From the IMG/VR virus record IMGVR_UViG_3300009081_000013, positions 1 to 63,953 of that record: a stretch of DNA of 63,953 nucleotides. One strand, written 5' to 3'. The notes beneath the pieces were generated by a model, which was given only the letters and a program-made list of their open reading frames with translations, was not told the origin of the DNA and made no database searches. Position numbers and translations under genes: made by a program. Position 1 is the stretch's first letter. The number at the start of each line of letters is the position of its first letter. Positions 56,149 through 63,953 of this stretch are shown in pieces. Source of the stretch: a virus (taxonomy: Duplodnaviria > Caudoviricetes).

Positions 56149-56571
56149 ATGAAACAATCCGATTTTATCAAAAGCTCAAACATCCCAGCCGAACTTATCC
56201 GCGCTGTCGTTCGCCAGTCGCGCGGCTGGAAAGCGTTTCAGGAAATAGCCGCCGACGTTACCAACCACGGCGCGGATGCGGGATTCTCCCGATGGATATA
56301 CTACACCGAAACCAACGCCTTCACCAAGAGAAACAAAAAAGCAATCCTCGCCTATGCGGCCGAACAAGCCAAAGAGTTTGGCCAAGGCTTGCTTGAAATG
56401 ATCGCCGGGTTTAACGTGTTCAAGCGCGACCCCGTTTCGTTCGATGAAGTTGCGGCGGCCGTTTACCGGGGTAAGGGTTACACGTACATGGCCGAGCAAA
56501 TCCTAAACGTGCTCGCCTGGTATGCACTCGAAGAAGTAGCGCGCGCGTATTGTGACCTGCTGGACGCTTAG
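56149..56571 (+). CDS. hypothetical early protein
   Basis: DVTNHGADAGF..WIYYTET..F...LAWYALEEVA. Confidence 0.75.
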   Translation: MKQSDFIKSSNIPAELIRAVVRQSRGWKAFQEIAADVTNHGADAGFSRWIYYTETNAFTKRNKKAILAYAAEQAKEFGQGLLEMIAGFNVFKRDPVSFDEVAAAVYRGKGYTYMAEQILNVLAWYALEEVARAYCDLLDA

Positions 56572-56646
56572 CCGCATGACGAGCCGCCCATGAAAAGCAT
56601 TTCATGGGGGCGTGTGAGGCGACTAACAAACAAGGAGGAGAAGACT

Positions 56647-56925
56647 ATGAGCAAGCATACACCTGGACCATGGACAAACTCTGTGTTTCACCCAACAAGT
56701 AACACCGTCGAACAAGTGGTTATGCGTGGAACCGAAACCCTTGCATCTGTCTATGACTTGGGTCGCGGCCGCCGAAAAGAGTTTAACGCAAATGCCGTGT
56801 TGGTGGCCCATGCGCCGGATCTGCTCCAAGCATGTGAAACCGCCGTGGACCAGATCTACAACAACGACCTCACCGGCGCGATTGCGACACTGCAAGCCGC
56901 CGCCAAAAAAGCCAAAGGAGAATGA
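56647..56925 (+). CDS. HTPGPW-motif phage protein
   Basis: MSKHTPGPW...ANAVLVAHAPDLL; AAGGAGG RBS. Confidence 0.75.
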   Translation: MSKHTPGPWTNSVFHPTSNTVEQVVMRGTETLASVYDLGRGRRKEFNANAVLVAHAPDLLQACETAVDQIYNNDLTGAIATLQAAAKKAKGE

Positions 56926-56928
56926 CCC

Positions 56929-57135
56929 GTGAAATGCTGTTTTTGTGAAAAAACCCTAACCCGCATGAACTCATACGAGCGCGCCAACGGAAACCTCATG
57001 GGCATCTGCCGCCAGTGCTCCAAAGACCGCGTAACCATCAACAAGTGGAAAAAGCGAGGACCGGCCGCCATCGCCCGACGCTTGAGCCAACTTAACCGGG
57101 AAATAAACCTTATCAAACAAGCGATAGGAGAATAA
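56929..57135 (+). CDS. small Zn-finger protein
   Basis: CCFC...CRQC. Confidence 0.6.
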   Translation: MKCCFCEKTLTRMNSYERANGNLMGICRQCSKDRVTINKWKKRGPAAIARRLSQLNREINLIKQAIGE

Positions 57136-57137
57136 AA

Positions 57138-57536
57138 ATGGCCTGGACAAAGACCGAACAAGAAAAAGCGAAAAACACCCTCCGCGCCCTCCTGCCCCCC
57201 GGCGCCACAGTGTTCACCGACGTAACACACGTCAGCCGATCCAGCATGAGCCGCACGATCAAGGCATACATCCGCACGGCCGAGGACATCCAAGGCATTT
57301 CCCTGCTGGTGGCCAAAGCGACCGACACCGCGCTCGATCCGAAGCTCTATGGTGTGAAGATGGGGGGTTGTGGTATGGACATGGGGTTTGAGCTTGTGTA
57401 CCAGCTCGGCCGCTCACTCTATCCGAACGGGTTCCCTTGCATTGGCAAGGGTTGCCCGGCGAACGATCACGCCAACCGCGAAGACAACACCCAACACAGC
57501 GACGGCGGCTATGCGCTGCGCCAGCGCTGGTTATAG
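57138..57536 (+). CDS. conserved-looking phage early protein
   Basis: HVSRSSMSR, GGCGMDMGF, GGYALRQRWL. Confidence 0.8.
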   Translation: MAWTKTEQEKAKNTLRALLPPGATVFTDVTHVSRSSMSRTIKAYIRTAEDIQGISLLVAKATDTALDPKLYGVKMGGCGMDMGFELVYQLGRSLYPNGFPCIGKGCPANDHANREDNTQHSDGGYALRQRWL

Positions 57537-57600
57537 GGCACCGAATAAAAAAACAGAAATAACTATTGACACCACACCATTGGGACCTTAGGAGAACACC

Positions 57601-57861
57601 ATGCACCTTGAAAAATCAATCAATTTACCCACCCTGCTCTGTGTCGCCTGCCGCGCCTCCCCGGCCTCGGGCATCTACACAGATGGCTTGATCCACGCGC
57701 CGCTTTGTTCCGACTGTTCACCCAAACCAACGAGCGCAATTTACGCCGCGATTATGGAGACGACCAATGCTGTGCCCCCCCTTAAACTGCACAAACATGT
57801 CCGAAGCCGGTTGCCTCGCCAATCAATCCCTTGCCTCCCGAGCCGCAACCAAAGTGAGTAA
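57601..57861 (+). CDS. hypothetical protein
   Basis: AGGAG RBS; CxxC x2. Confidence 0.55.
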   Translation: MHLEKSINLPTLLCVACRASPASGIYTDGLIHAPLCSDCSPKPTSAIYAAIMETTNAVPPLKLHKHVRSRLPRQSIPCLPSRNQSE

Positions 57862-58098
57862 ATGCAACCCCCAATCAATCCGGGCGCGGTCGGCCATGGC
57901 CGCGCTCACAGACCAGGAACTTGACCGCCTGCGCGCCTGTTCGGGGTGCCCGTGCTGCGCGCCCGGCACGCGTAACACGCTCGCTGCCGCCAAGACCGCG
58001 CTCGCCGCGCAATGGAAACGCTCCTTCAGCCTTGCCGAAGCTGCGCTCGAAAAAGGTGGACATTCACGGCTGGGCTACGCCCCCAAACCAAGGAGAAT

Positions 58099-58650
58099 AT
58101 GACCATGACCAAAATCGAACAGCTGCGCGTCTATTGCCGCACGGTGGGCAAGCCTTTCACCTCCAAAGAAGCGCTCGCCGCCGTGCCCATGGGAAAGTCG
58201 TGCATGTCCGTCTATTTGCCCACGTTGGCCAAACAAGGCTTGATCCGCAACAGTGGTCACCGCGTTGACGGCTTGTACCTTTACGAACTGGTCCAGGACG
58301 CGCGGGCCGATGTGGATACCGTTGAACGTCCTGTGGACGAACCTAAGCCCTCGACAAAAGCCAAGGCAATGCCCTCCTCCCTTTCCCTGGATGACATTGG
58401 CGCCGCCGTCATGGGCCACGTCGAGCGCCTGGAGCGCCGCATAGCCACCTTGGAAGGCCAAGCCAAGGACACCGCCACACAGGCTCGCCTGCGCGCCGCT
58501 GAACACAAACGCGCGCTGGATGAGAAAGAACAAGAGAAGCGGCGGCTGGCCGACACCATTGTCGAGCTGAACGGGCGCATCGCTGCCCTCCAAGTCGTTC
58601 GCCGTCCGGCTGTCGCCGTGGGGCGGTTTTTTGAGGGGGTGGGGAAATGA
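58099..58650 (+). CDS. winged-helix plus coiled-coil protein
   Basis: N-terminal wHTH-like pattern (L..L.KQGLI), C-terminal coiled coil. Confidence 0.6.
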   Translation: MTMTKIEQLRVYCRTVGKPFTSKEALAAVPMGKSCMSVYLPTLAKQGLIRNSGHRVDGLYLYELVQDARADVDTVERPVDEPKPSTKAKAMPSSLSLDDIGAAVMGHVERLERRIATLEGQAKDTATQARLRAAEHKRALDEKEQEKRRLADTIVELNGRIAALQVVRRPAVAVGRFFEGVGK

Positions 58651-58898
58651 GCCGAAAATATTGGCGCGACTTAGAGTTGGAGAGCATGACCCCGCCTTTC
58701 GAGGACGACCCACCGGCGAACAAGCCAAGTCTTGAGTCCATTCAGAGATGGTTGGATGAGCGCATGGTGAGTTACACCGACTCGCGCCAGCCGACGGAGG
58801 AGGAAGTCACCATCGCTTGGCTGTTGTGCGAAGTTGAAAGACTGAAAAAGCTGTTGACAACACCGAACGCCGATCCTAAGATGGGTCCCGAAGCCTAA
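58647..58898 (+). CDS. hypothetical protein
   Basis: ATGA overlap; IAWLLCEVERL. Confidence 0.6.
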   Translation: MSRKYWRDLELESMTPPFEDDPPANKPSLESIQRWLDERMVSYTDSRQPTEEEVTIAWLLCEVERLKKLLTTPNADPKMGPEA

Positions 58899-59024
58899 TT
58901 CATCTTACCCCGATCCACCCCCTCCCCCCACGTTGAGGCTCGATGGCACCGCCGTCGAGCCTCTTTCTTTTTGTCCTCGGCTCGCTGATAGCCTCCAGGA
59001 GCCGACTTTATTCCATGGGGCGTG

Positions 59025-59372
59025 TCAGCAGCCGGCCAATGGGTCGAACTCATCCTGGCGCTCATCCAAGGTGTGGTACGTTTCATCCTTGTGACAGTCC
59101 ACGCACAGGGTTTCGAGCTGGGATGGATCGCAGAGCAGGTACTCCCTGACGGCGGCAATAAGCGCTGCCCAGTTTTGGATGCCGCCATTTTTGTGGTGAA
59201 CTTCCACTTTGACGATATGGTCTTTCCGCCGAGACTGTTTCACGCCGCAACGCTGACAAGTGTATTTGTCGGCTTTGATCCGCGACCCTCTCTCGCGGGA
59301 ACGGAGGAAGAGCTGGCGGAAGGTGGAGCGGATTTGCGAGTTCGTGGTGCGGGTGGGATCCTTTTTAGCCAA
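59025..59372 (-). CDS. HNH endonuclease (McrA-like)
   Basis: DKYTCQRCG, EVHH, LETLCVDCH. Confidence 0.85.
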   Translation of the reverse strand: MAKKDPTRTTNSQIRSTFRQLFLRSRERGSRIKADKYTCQRCGVKQSRRKDHIVKVEVHHKNGGIQNWAALIAAVREYLLCDPSQLETLCVDCHKDETYHTLDERQDEFDPLAGC

Positions 59373-59378
59373 TGTACT

Positions 59379-59868
59379 TTAAGCCTCCTTAACTTAAACT
59401 CAGTTAGCGCTCGCGTCAGTTGCTACAGGTTGGGGAGATAACCGTCGGACGGGATAACCGTCCAGACGTATCTCCCTAAGCAACTTGCATTTGGACTGTT
59501 TGACCACCCGACGGTTATTAAGTATTGGAATTTACAACAAAAAGATTTTTTGGGAAACCGTCCGGGAAACCGTCCGACGGTTAAACCCTCCGACGGTTTG
59601 CACAAAAGTGCACATTTTTCTTCTATGTCCTTGATTTTATTCATAGCGAGCAAACCGTCCGAACCTTAACTGTTTTAAACTGTTTAGCCGTTTTAAGCCT
59701 TAACTCGTCTAAACTCCAACCATTTTGTGCACAAAAGTAGACACTTTTTAAGCTTAACTCGTCTAAACCACCGGGAAACTGTGTCTAAAAAACAACACTT
59801 TAAGCTTAACTCACTTCTACTGCCGGGAACTTTAGCCGGCTTAACACGCGGGAACTGTTTAGCGCAGT
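59379..59868. repeat. iteron-rich non-coding region, candidate replication origin
   Basis: Multiple AACCGTCC(G)/CCGACGGTT, TTAAGC(C)TTAACTC x3, TGCACAAAAGT x2; AT-rich; adjacent to the primase-helicase. Confidence 0.65.
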
Positions 59869-61884
59869 TTAGCAGACCAAAACCCGCCCAATCCCCGCCG
59901 CAGATTTGCCTGTGCTGCCGGTTATCATCACCCGTTCGAACAATTCTTCGACCACCGTGACCGTTTCTTCCTCGGGAAAAGCATGCTTGATCCGATTCTC
60001 CAACCCTCTTTGGCCTGACTTTCCGACCATCGCGGACAGCTCGGCAGCCCGGGGACGCCTGTCGTCCTTCGCGTCAGAAAGGATGCCCGCGGCCAAAGAA
60101 TAGATGGTCTTTTCGCCTTCTCGCAGAATGCGACCGGCCACTTCTTCGCGCAGCAGGTCTTCTTCGTCGGCCGCGCTGACATATTCGAGCACAGCCATCT
60201 CCGGCACCGCGACCACATCCTCATCATCAAAGAACATTTTGCGGGTCTGCATCTTGAACCAGTGGGGGGATTTGGACTTGCGTGACATATTGGCTTTGGC
60301 CGAATCGAGCCGGCGGTAAAGATCACTGTCGGCGATGGGGACGTTGAACTGCGCGGCCTCTTTGTCGGTCATGGTGTAAAGAGTGTGGGCCACGCGCACA
60401 CTGGAGATAAAGGCCGTAGCACCGCGGGATTTATCCGCATTGCCGGGGTCGGCTTTTCCTTTGGACATGTGGTGCACGAGAGAAACTGCGCAGCCGGTTT
60501 CTTCGGTGATGTCTTGGAACTGCTGGAGCACAAGGTCAATGCCGTCGTTGTCATTTTCTTTCACCGAGTGGCAGCGCACAAACGGGTCAACGATGAGCAG
60601 TTTGATGTCTCTTTCGCGGACACCTTGGACGAGTTCGGCGACGGCGGCATGGTTGATCACCATTCCTTTTTTGGGGTCGTCGGTGACAAGCTTCATCCGT
60701 TTGGATGTGACGGTGAGTTTGCCTTCGAGGGCGTCCAAAGGGATCCTGTGGTGGTCAGCGGCGGCGATGATGCGGCGGCGCAGCTCGTCCATCGGATCTT
60801 CGGTGTTGATGTACCACACGTTGCCGGGCTCGGAGACTTCACTGAAGGTGAGGTTTTTTCCGGTCGCCATGGCCAGCGCCTCGACAATGACAAGCGAGGA
60901 TTTGCCGGTGCCGCCGGGGGCGACGGTTGCGGTTGTGAATCCTTTAATATAGCGGCCACGCATGAGCCACTGGCGCTTGGTCAATCGGGCGCGCTCAGCT
61001 TCGCAGATGCTGATCGTCTCTTCTTTGCCGGAGGCGAACATCACGTTGACCGATGCGCAGCCGAGGGGGCTTTCCCGGTTCTTGTACGCCTGGACGACGC
61101 ACTTTCTCACGTCCGCTTCGGTGAAGTCATGATCATATTCGATCTTCGGTGAGTACACCGACAGCATCAGCTTTATGGCTGTCGGGATGGTGATGTTCAG
61201 ATCGCCCAGCTTGCGGCCGACCCGCAGGCAGGTGTCGTCACGCACTCTTTTTTCTGCTGGCTTGGCTTCGGTAGCCAGATACTCCGCAGCGGCGATGATG
61301 TCGTCCACGGTGTCGGGTGCCCGGGTGAAAGTCGAGGTGTCCACCAACGGGTCTTTGGGCGCCGGCAGCGGGCCGAGCCGATCAGTCACCCACATAGGGA
61401 TAAACGGCAGTTTCGCAGCATCTGAGGTTATGGTGTAAACCCCGCCGTCTACCACCGAACCTGGGATGAGGACATATCCACCCTTGCTTTTGGAATCAAC
61501 GCTGGGGCCAATGACACTCGCTGTGGATTTGGTGCTCCCACGGAAGTACCGGTGCTGGCCACCCGAAGGTGTCAACACGGTGAAGGGCGACTCAACAGGG
61601 GGCAGTGCTTTGATTGTCTCATAGCCGTTCGGCCGCCCTGGTTTGCAGTCAATGTCAATGATGGAGAGCCCAGACTTGTCGCAGTCAAGACCCCAATTGC
61701 AGTCGGGGTGCCGTGCGGCCATCGTTCGTACTTCGGCCGGATCGACGGTCGATTTGTTCTGCCAGCCAACCTCGCATGGCTCTTTGGAGTTGCCTTTTTT
61801 TACCGGGAAAACATAGTAGCCGCGCTTGGCGAAATCCAGAGCGCAGTCCAGAGGTGTGTTATCGGACAACCGGCACCTCCCCAA
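59869..61884 (-). CDS. bifunctional primase-polymerase fused to RecA-like (AAA_25) helicase
   Basis: GYYVFPV, NWG, IIDID, TPSGGQHRYF, GGYVL; APGGTGKS, LIVDP, LVHH. Confidence 0.92.
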   Translation of the reverse strand: MGRCRLSDNTPLDCALDFAKRGYYVFPVKKGNSKEPCEVGWQNKSTVDPAEVRTMAARHPDCNWGLDCDKSGLSIIDIDCKPGRPNGYETIKALPPVESPFTVLTPSGGQHRYFRGSTKSTASVIGPSVDSKSKGGYVLIPGSVVDGGVYTITSDAAKLPFIPMWVTDRLGPLPAPKDPLVDTSTFTRAPDTVDDIIAAAEYLATEAKPAEKRVRDDTCLRVGRKLGDLNITIPTAIKLMLSVYSPKIEYDHDFTEADVRKCVVQAYKNRESPLGCASVNVMFASGKEETISICEAERARLTKRQWLMRGRYIKGFTTATVAPGGTGKSSLVIVEALAMATGKNLTFSEVSEPGNVWYINTEDPMDELRRRIIAAADHHRIPLDALEGKLTVTSKRMKLVTDDPKKGMVINHAAVAELVQGVRERDIKLLIVDPFVRCHSVKENDNDGIDLVLQQFQDITEETGCAVSLVHHMSKGKADPGNADKSRGATAFISSVRVAHTLYTMTDKEAAQFNVPIADSDLYRRLDSAKANMSRKSKSPHWFKMQTRKMFFDDEDVVAVPEMAVLEYVSAADEEDLLREEVAGRILREGEKTIYSLAAGILSDAKDDRRPRAAELSAMVGKSGQRGLENRIKHAFPEEETVTVVEELFERVMITGSTGKSAAGIGRVLVC

Positions 61885-62398
61885 ATTCGAAGCGCGCGCC
61901 CCTTACATTTTCTATGATCTTCATATAGTCTTTGTAGTAAGGGCCTTCGTTGTTCAACATGAATTGGGACAAGAAGTGCAAGAAATATCCCCTTTGGTGG
62001 GAGTAGCTGGATACTGTGCTTATCTGCCCAAATGGCCGGAGGATGTTGCTGGAGGGATAGATTTTTATCCAAATGTTGTCACAGTAAGAAGGAGCGCCGC
62101 AGAGTATGTTCACAAGAAAGTCACCCTCTGTGGCCAACTCCCAAGCGAGATCCAGTTCGTGCAAAGACGGGGCTTCGCCTTTGATTTCGATCCACTCACC
62201 AGTCGCGGGGAGCCGATGTGGCAGAACTGTCGGGTGGTACGGTAGCCAGAAGTCGGGCAGATACCGGCCGGACGGCAGCTCGTACCCCTCTTTTTCGTAC
62301 TCAAATTTGATGTTGAGCTGGTTAAATAGGACAGCCCACCTGGCTTCGGTGCGGCTGCGAAATCGCCATCCATTCCAACAAGTTTCAATCGCTTTCAT
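61859..62398 (-). CDS. PD-(D/E)XK endonuclease
   Basis: FRSRTEARWA, EYE, YLPDFWL, WIEIKG. Confidence 0.85.
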   Translation of the reverse strand: MKAIETCWNGWRFRSRTEARWAVLFNQLNIKFEYEKEGYELPSGRYLPDFWLPYHPTVLPHRLPATGEWIEIKGEAPSLHELDLAWELATEGDFLVNILCGAPSYCDNIWIKIYPSSNILRPFGQISTVSSYSHQRGYFLHFLSQFMLNNEGPYYKDYMKIIENVRGARFEFGEVPVVR

Positions 62399-62411
62399 CG
62401 TCGGGGCGCTC

Positions 62412-62564
62412 CTATCTGGTGGGCGGATTGAAGATCAGCATGCGGACGTAGGCGCTCACTGACATGGGGCGACCGTCGGGGCCGAGCTCAGCGTCGGCCT
62501 TTTCTTTAAGGATCTTTTTCTCGTCATCGGACAGCCAGATTACAAGTTGCCGTTTCGTTCTCAT
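62412..62564 (-). CDS. ribbon-helix-helix regulator (not in ORF track)
   Basis: MRTKRQLVIWLSDDEKKILKEKA...MSVSAYVRMLIF, 50 aa; GGAGG RBS. Confidence 0.75.
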   Translation of the reverse strand: MRTKRQLVIWLSDDEKKILKEKADAELGPDGRPMSVSAYVRMLIFNPPTR

Positions 62565-62611
62565 TGGGTAAGTCAGTCCTCCGTGGGGGTGTGATGGTAG
62601 AATTTATGCAC

Positions 62612-62640
62612 ATTATACATTCCCCCCACACAAACAGCAA
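62612..62640 (-). promoter_or_regulatory. sigma70-type promoter of the RHH/primase operon
   Basis: TTGCTG-N17-TATAAT on the - strand. Confidence 0.65.
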
Positions 62641-62674
62641 GCAGCCCAAACTTTCTTCCCCCAGCATTTTCCTC

Positions 62675-62703
62675 TTGACAGCACACAATCGGGAACTCAT
62701 AAG
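62675..62703 (+). promoter_or_regulatory. conserved phage promoter, copy 3
   Basis: TTGACA-GCACACAATCGGGAACT-CATAAG at the head of the + replication arm. Confidence 0.8.
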
Positions 62704-62733
62704 CGGAATACACCCCGAACAAAGGAGAAAACG

Positions 62734-63141
62734 ATGATTCAAGAATTTGTGGGCCGATTCATGGCGAACAAGGAAATCCTGGCGGCGCAGTTTCGCCTCA
62801 CCCCGCCGAGCGATTACGAAGATCTGGTGCGCAGTACTATCAAATTGATAGCGGGCGAGGAGGAGTATGACGACCCCGATCCGGAGCGCGTCCACAAGAT
62901 TGACGATGGTGATTACCAAGGCACGCTGGTCTTTGTCATCGGCGCGCAAGGCTACCAGCCTGATCGCTATTGGTACGTCAAGGTTGGCTACGGGTCTTGC
63001 TCTGGCTGTGACACCTTGCAGCGCATCGAGGCTGATGGTGAGTTCGACGAGTCACCGAACGAAGGACAGGTTGCTGATTACGTAACCTTGGCGCTGCACA
63101 TCGTTCAAGGATTAAAGGAGATGGGCGATGAAGTTGTTTAA
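62734..63141 (+). CDS. acidic hypothetical protein
   Basis: AAGGAG RBS; DDGDYQGT...YGSCSGCD. Confidence 0.8.
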   Translation: MIQEFVGRFMANKEILAAQFRLTPPSDYEDLVRSTIKLIAGEEEYDDPDPERVHKIDDGDYQGTLVFVIGAQGYQPDRYWYVKVGYGSCSGCDTLQRIEADGEFDESPNEGQVADYVTLALHIVQGLKEMGDEVV

Positions 63142-63409
63142 ACTGACGACCAAAGAGAACACCGCCACTCAAGCCAGTAGGAGAAAACGATGAAACGAAA
63201 ACATGCCGAAGATTTCCACGACGTATATGCTTACTATGCGTACATCGATCGAGTGTTTGAGCTGCTGGCCGAAGCCCTTGACCATTTGGATTATTGTGGC
63301 TGGGGGGATGGCTGGGAGCGGGAGGTTTCGCAGAACATACGAAAACGAGCGGATGATTTTAAAGGAGAACACGATGAAGCTGTTTAAACTGACGACCAAA
63401 GAGAACACC
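63126..63409. repeat. 38-bp direct repeat pair (63126-63163, 63372-63409)
   Basis: CGATGAAG(T/C)TGTTTAAACTGACGACCAAAGAGAACACC, 37/38 identical. Confidence 0.92.
63190..63387 (+). CDS. small acidic hypothetical protein
   Basis: AGGAG RBS; LDYCGWGDGWERE. Confidence 0.7.
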   Translation: MKRKHAEDFHDVYAYYAYIDRVFELLAEALDHLDYCGWGDGWEREVSQNIRKRADDFKGEHDEAV

Positions 63410-63953
63410 ACCAAAGGAGACACGCTGTGGGGAACAAACGTGACTCACCGCCTTCCCGCCAGGGAAGACCCTCGCCTCTGCACCTCAACAGTGATTCACG
63501 CCTATGACGATTTGAATCTGGCCCTGCTGCTTAACCCTATTCACGGTGGTTTCGAGCCCTTTAACATTTGGGAAGCAGAAGGCGAGGTTGTGGTGCGTGA
63601 TTGGGGAAAAGTCGGCTGCTTTGAGCTGACGACGGTGCGCCAAATCGGGCTGCCACAGTGGTATGTCGAACGACGAATAGCGGTGTGTGTTGAGTTTGCT
63701 AAGCTATGTGCCGCCGCCGCCGCTCGCTCCGCCACTCGCTACGCCGTCGACGCCGCTTGCTACGCCGACGCCACTCGCTACGCCGCCGCTCGCTCCGCCG
63801 CTCGCTCCGCCGCTCGCTCCGCCGCTGACGCCGCCGCTGACGCTGCCGCTCGTTGCGCCGCCGATGCCGCTCGTTACGCCGCTGACGCTGCCGCTCGTTA
63901 CGCCGCTGACGCTGCCGCTCGTTACGCCGCTGACGCTGCCGCTCGTTACGCCG
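63374..63953 (+). CDS. N-terminal part of Ala-rich repeat protein (continues at position 3)
   Basis: AAGGAG RBS; MKLFKLTTKENTTKGDTLWG...LCTSTVIHAYDD...WEAEGE...KVGC, then Ala/Arg/Tyr repeats with no stop before the window end. Confidence 0.8.
   Translation, partial: MKLFKLTTKENTTKGDTLWGTNVTHRLPAREDPRLCTSTVIHAYDDLNLALLLNPIHGGFEPFNIWEAEGEVVVRDWGKVGCFELTTVRQIGLPQWYVERRIAVCVEFAKLCAAAAARSATRYAVDAACYADATRYAAARSAARSAARSAADAAADAAARCAADAARYAADAAARYAADAAARYAADAAARYA

Noticed and set aside
1-63953. tRNA/rRNA genes, tape-measure protein, CI-type repressor, virion RNA polymerase
   Set aside because: None was recognised by eye. Absence needs confirming with tRNAscan-SE and HMM searches.

Overview
The window looks like an essentially complete ~64 kb genome of a tailed dsDNA phage, probably with a short-tailed (podovirus-like) morphotype. 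The last 78 nt repeat the first 78 nt, and one Ala-rich ORF reads in frame across the join. Layout: (1) + strand replication arm, 62.7 kb through the join to 14.6 kb, with an SNF2 helicase, a DUF2800-type exonuclease, a DUF2815-type SSB, a Leu762-type PolA, a nucleotidyltransferase and a P-loop kinase. (2) - strand late arm, 47.3 to 14.6 kb, with terminase, portal, scaffold, N4-gp56-type capsid, adaptor/nozzle, GNAT, ejection proteins, fibre/glycan module, lysis genes and a metallophosphoesterase. (3) + strand accessory block with a short tyrosine recombinase and a PAPS-reductase-like gene, followed by - strand Dam and HNH-AP2 genes. (4) + strand early-type small-gene cluster at 53.7-58.9 kb. 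(5) - strand RHH/nuclease/primase-helicase block ending at an iteron-rich candidate origin. The most unusual element is a four-gene module in the tail-fibre position. Every protein in it (fibre-like protein, two glycan-binding-like proteins, a PL1 pectate lyase) has a Sec-type signal peptide, and two share a C-terminal motif. Other notable items are a tandem, covarying structured RNA upstream of the scaffold gene, a 26-bp stem upstream of the SSB gene, and a thrice-repeated non-canonical promoter. All family assignments are by eye from motifs and synteny; no database searches were run. The host cannot be named, although the lipoproteins and lysis genes are compatible with a diderm bacterium.
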